Shown: in pieces, positions 61,305 through 64,000 of the stretch | How positions within the stretch are numbered: the first letter of the stretch is position 1 | How the letters are laid out: each line of letters begins with the position of its first letter | Origin: Candidatus Latescibacterota bacterium | GTDB lineage: Bacteria; Latescibacterota; UBA2968 | DNA: 64,000 bases | NCBI GenBank assembly: GCA_965204745.1 | Contig: OZ242010.1 | Span: forward strand, 4,640,001-4,704,000 | Direction: 5' to 3' | The notes under the pieces: model-generated | Database searches by the model: none | Told to the model about the DNA's origin: nothing | Seen by the model: the letters and a program-made list of their open reading frames with translations, nothing else | Made by a program: the position numbers and the translations under genes

Positions 61305-62684
61305 GTGAAATCCTTCAACAAAATTCTCATTGTCGATGACGACCGCGATGTTTTGTTGGCCGCGCAACTGTTTCTCAAACAGCACGCCGAGCGCGTGGAT
61401 ACCGAGGCCGATCCCAACCGGATTCCCCATCTGCTGCAAAATGAGAGCTATGACGTGATCTTACTCGACATGAATTTTGCGCGAGACGCCACGTCGGGCA
61501 AAGAGGGGTTTCACTGGCTGAGTCGCATTCTCGAAATCGATCCGGCGGCGGTGGTCATTCTCATCACGGCGTATGGCGGCGTTGAAACTGCGGTGCAGGC
61601 CATCAAAGAAGGCGCGACCGATTTTGTGCTCAAGCCCTGGCAAAATGAAAAATTGCTCGCCACGCTCTCCGTTGCTGCGCGGTTGCGCCGAACCCAACTC
61701 GAAGTGGATCAGTTGCGCGTGCAACGAGAACAACTCCGCGCGGACCTCGACGGTCAATTTCCCGACATGGTCGGCACGTCGCAGGCCATGCGCGCGGTGT
61801 TTGATGCCATTCAAAAGGTGGGGGCGACGGACGCCAATGTGCTCATCTTGGGTGAAAACGGCACCGGCAAAGATGTCGTTGCCCGCGCTTTGCACCGCCG
61901 GTCTGCCCGCGCCTCAGAGGCGTTTATCCGCGTCGATCTCGGCGCAGTGCCCGAAAGTCTTTTTGAAAGCGAACTCTTTGGACACCAAAAGGGCGCCTTT
62001 ACCGACGCAAAAAAAGACCGTGCAGGGCGGTTTGAAATCGCGTCGGGCGGCACGCTTTTTTTGGATGAAATCGGCAATCTTTCGCTGTCGCTTCAGGCCA
62101 AGTTGCTCACCGCGCTCGAAAACCGCACGGTGACTCGATTGGGGAGCAACCGGACGGTTGCCATCGATGTGCGCTTGATTTGCGCCACCAACCTGGCCAT
62201 TCACGACATGGTCGCCAGCAATGCGTTCCGGCAAGACCTCTTGTATCGCATCAACACGGTTGAAATCCACCTGCCGCCCCTGCGCGACCGCATTGAGGAT
62301 ATTCCCCCGCTCGTCGCCGCGTTTTTGGAAACGCACGGTCGGAAATACAACAAACCGGGCATTGTCATTCAACCCGCAGCATTTGAGCACCTCAAAAATT
62401 ACAACTGGCCGGGCAACATCCGCGAATTGCAACACGCCATTGAACGGGCCGTGATCATGAATGAGAATGGCGTGCTGCAACCGTCCGATTTTCCACTCGG
62501 GGTTTCTGACCCCGGCGCGAGCGGCGGCGATATTCACTTTGACGACTACAATCTCCAGCGCGTGGAAAAGACCGTGATTCGCAAAGCCATTGAAAAACAC
62601 CACGGGAACATCAGCCACGCTGCACGCGAACTCGGGCTCACGCGCAGCGCGCTTTATCGCAGGCTGGAAAAACATGGCCTATAA
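61305..62684 (+). CDS. Sigma54-dependent response regulator (NtrC family)
   Basis: Receiver ILIVDDD..LLDMNF, GENGTGKD, GAFTDA, WPGNIREL, Fis HTH. Confidence 0.96.
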   Translation: MKSFNKILIVDDDRDVLLAAQLFLKQHAERVDTEADPNRIPHLLQNESYDVILLDMNFARDATSGKEGFHWLSRILEIDPAAVVILITAYGGVETAVQAIKEGATDFVLKPWQNEKLLATLSVAARLRRTQLEVDQLRVQREQLRADLDGQFPDMVGTSQAMRAVFDAIQKVGATDANVLILGENGTGKDVVARALHRRSARASEAFIRVDLGAVPESLFESELFGHQKGAFTDAKKDRAGRFEIASGGTLFLDEIGNLSLSLQAKLLTALENRTVTRLGSNRTVAIDVRLICATNLAIHDMVASNAFRQDLLYRINTVEIHLPPLRDRIEDIPPLVAAFLETHGRKYNKPGIVIQPAAFEHLKNYNWPGNIRELQHAIERAVIMNENGVLQPSDFPLGVSDPGASGGDIHFDDYNLQRVEKTVIRKAIEKHHGNISHAARELGLTRSALYRRLEKHGL

Positions 62685-64000
62685 AAACTTTCGCCTGATT
62701 TGTCTGTTGCGCGTGGCCCTGTTGTGCGCCACCATCTACCTTTGCTTTTACCTGTTTTTTGCCACCGAGTACCATGCCACTGTGATCTTGGTCGGCGCGT
62801 GCGCGCTCTATCAGGCATGGGCACTCATCCACTATGTGGAGCGTGCGGACCGCGACCTTGCGCGCTTTTTGCAGGCGATTCGGCATGAGGATTTTTCCCT
62901 GTCTTTTACCGGGGCCGGATTGGGGTCGGCTTATGAGGATCTCAAAAATGCCTTTAATGAGGTTTTGGATGCGTTTCGCAAAACGCGCGCGGAAAGAGAG
63001 GAAAATTTTCAGTATCTCCAGACCGTCGTGCAACATGTGGGCATCGGGCTGATTTGCTACACGCCCGACGGTCGCGTGGAGTTGGTGAACAGCGCGGCGC
63101 AACGCTTGCTCCGCCGGCCCCATCTGCGCGACGTGCGCGAGTTGGAAGGGATCAGCAAGCCCTTTGCCGAGACATTGCTCAAACTCCGCTCGGGCGACAA
63201 GGCCCTGGTCAAGGTGCAGGACGAGGACGAATTGCTCCAGATCATCGTCTATGCCACGGAACTTCGGATGCGGGGCGAATCGTTTATTTTGGCGTCGATT
63301 CAGAATATCCAGAGCGAACTCGAAGAACAGGAAATGGAGGCGTGGCAAAAACTCATCCGCGTTTTGACGCATGAAATCATGAACTCCATCACCCCGATTT
63401 CTTCGCTCGCCTCTACGGTGCGCGGTCTCTTGCCGGATGCGGAGCGGGCCGCGGCAGTCGATTCCGAAACCCTGTCCGATGTTCATGTGGCTCTGCAAAC
63501 CATTCAGTCGCGCAGCGAGGGCCTGCTCCACTTTGTCGAAACCTATCGCCAACTCACGCGCATCCCGCGCCCGGATTTTCAAATTTTTCAGATCGCCGAA
63601 CTCTTTGCCCGGGTTGTTTTTCTGATGCAGGCCGAATGCGACGAGCACAATGTGGGCGTTCACACGGCCATCACCCCCCAAACCCTCGAACTCACTGCGG
63701 ATCCGGATCTCGTGGAACAGGTGTTGATCAACTTGATGCGGAATGCGGTGCAAGCCCTTGCAGGTCGCCCCGATGCCCGCGTGGATCTCACGGCCCACCT
63801 CGATGATCGCGGGCATGTGATTATCCGCGTGCGGGACAATGGCCCCGGGATTTTGGAAGATGTGCAAGAGCACGTCTTCATCCCCTTTTTCACCACCAAA
63901 CGCGATGGGTCGGGCATTGGCCTTGCCCTGTCCCGCCAGCTCATGCGCGTGCATCGCGGCAACATCCGCGTGCAATCCAAGCCAGAAGAAGAGACCGCGT
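62674..64000 (+). CDS. Sensor histidine kinase (NtrY-like), runs off window
   Basis: ATG 62674 MAYKNFRL..; two TM helices; THEIMNSITPI, NLMRNA, DNGPG, FTTK..GSGIGL. Confidence 0.92.
   Translation, partial: MAYKNFRLICLLRVALLCATIYLCFYLFFATEYHATVILVGACALYQAWALIHYVERADRDLARFLQAIRHEDFSLSFTGAGLGSAYEDLKNAFNEVLDAFRKTRAEREENFQYLQTVVQHVGIGLICYTPDGRVELVNSAAQRLLRRPHLRDVRELEGISKPFAETLLKLRSGDKALVKVQDEDELLQIIVYATELRMRGESFILASIQNIQSELEEQEMEAWQKLIRVLTHEIMNSITPISSLASTVRGLLPDAERAAAVDSETLSDVHVALQTIQSRSEGLLHFVETYRQLTRIPRPDFQIFQIAELFARVVFLMQAECDEHNVGVHTAITPQTLELTADPDLVEQVLINLMRNAVQALAGRPDARVDLTAHLDDRGHVIIRVRDNGPGILEDVQEHVFIPFFTTKRDGSGIGLALSRQLMRVHRGNIRVQSKPEEETA

Overview
GC-rich chromosomal segment from a diderm bacterium. 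GWxTD, TPR, Sel1, internalin-like LRR and EF-hand/dockerin-like proteins suggest a Latescibacterota/FCB-type, possibly sponge-associated lineage (inference). Housekeeping genes are lepA-lepB-hemW-thrB, asd, glaH, sigma54-driven hsp20-clpB, tamA/tamB, a YtrA-type GntR-ABC operon, ABC permease/ATPase genes and an NtrC-type two-component pair. Between them lie many toxin-antitoxin genes (several toxins broken), an orphan DNA methyltransferase, an Rpn nuclease and tandemly duplicated genes. The most striking feature is the intergenic DNA, a modular mosaic of several repeat families. One hairpin REP-like family (GGGACCTAYCCCCC...CCCC-TTCCT-N4-AGGAA-GGGG, roughly two dozen copies by eye) is densest as arrays directly on both sides of a lone DUF559 (Vsr-like) endonuclease gene. 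That locus sits between tamA and tamB together with an LRR gene and looks like a REPtron with a non-HUH nuclease. The same REPs are carried inside TIR-bounded MITEs, several of which abut heptamer microsatellites at TA. No rRNA, tRNA, CRISPR array, integrase or autonomous transposase was recognised. All family assignments come from motif recognition by eye, not database searches.
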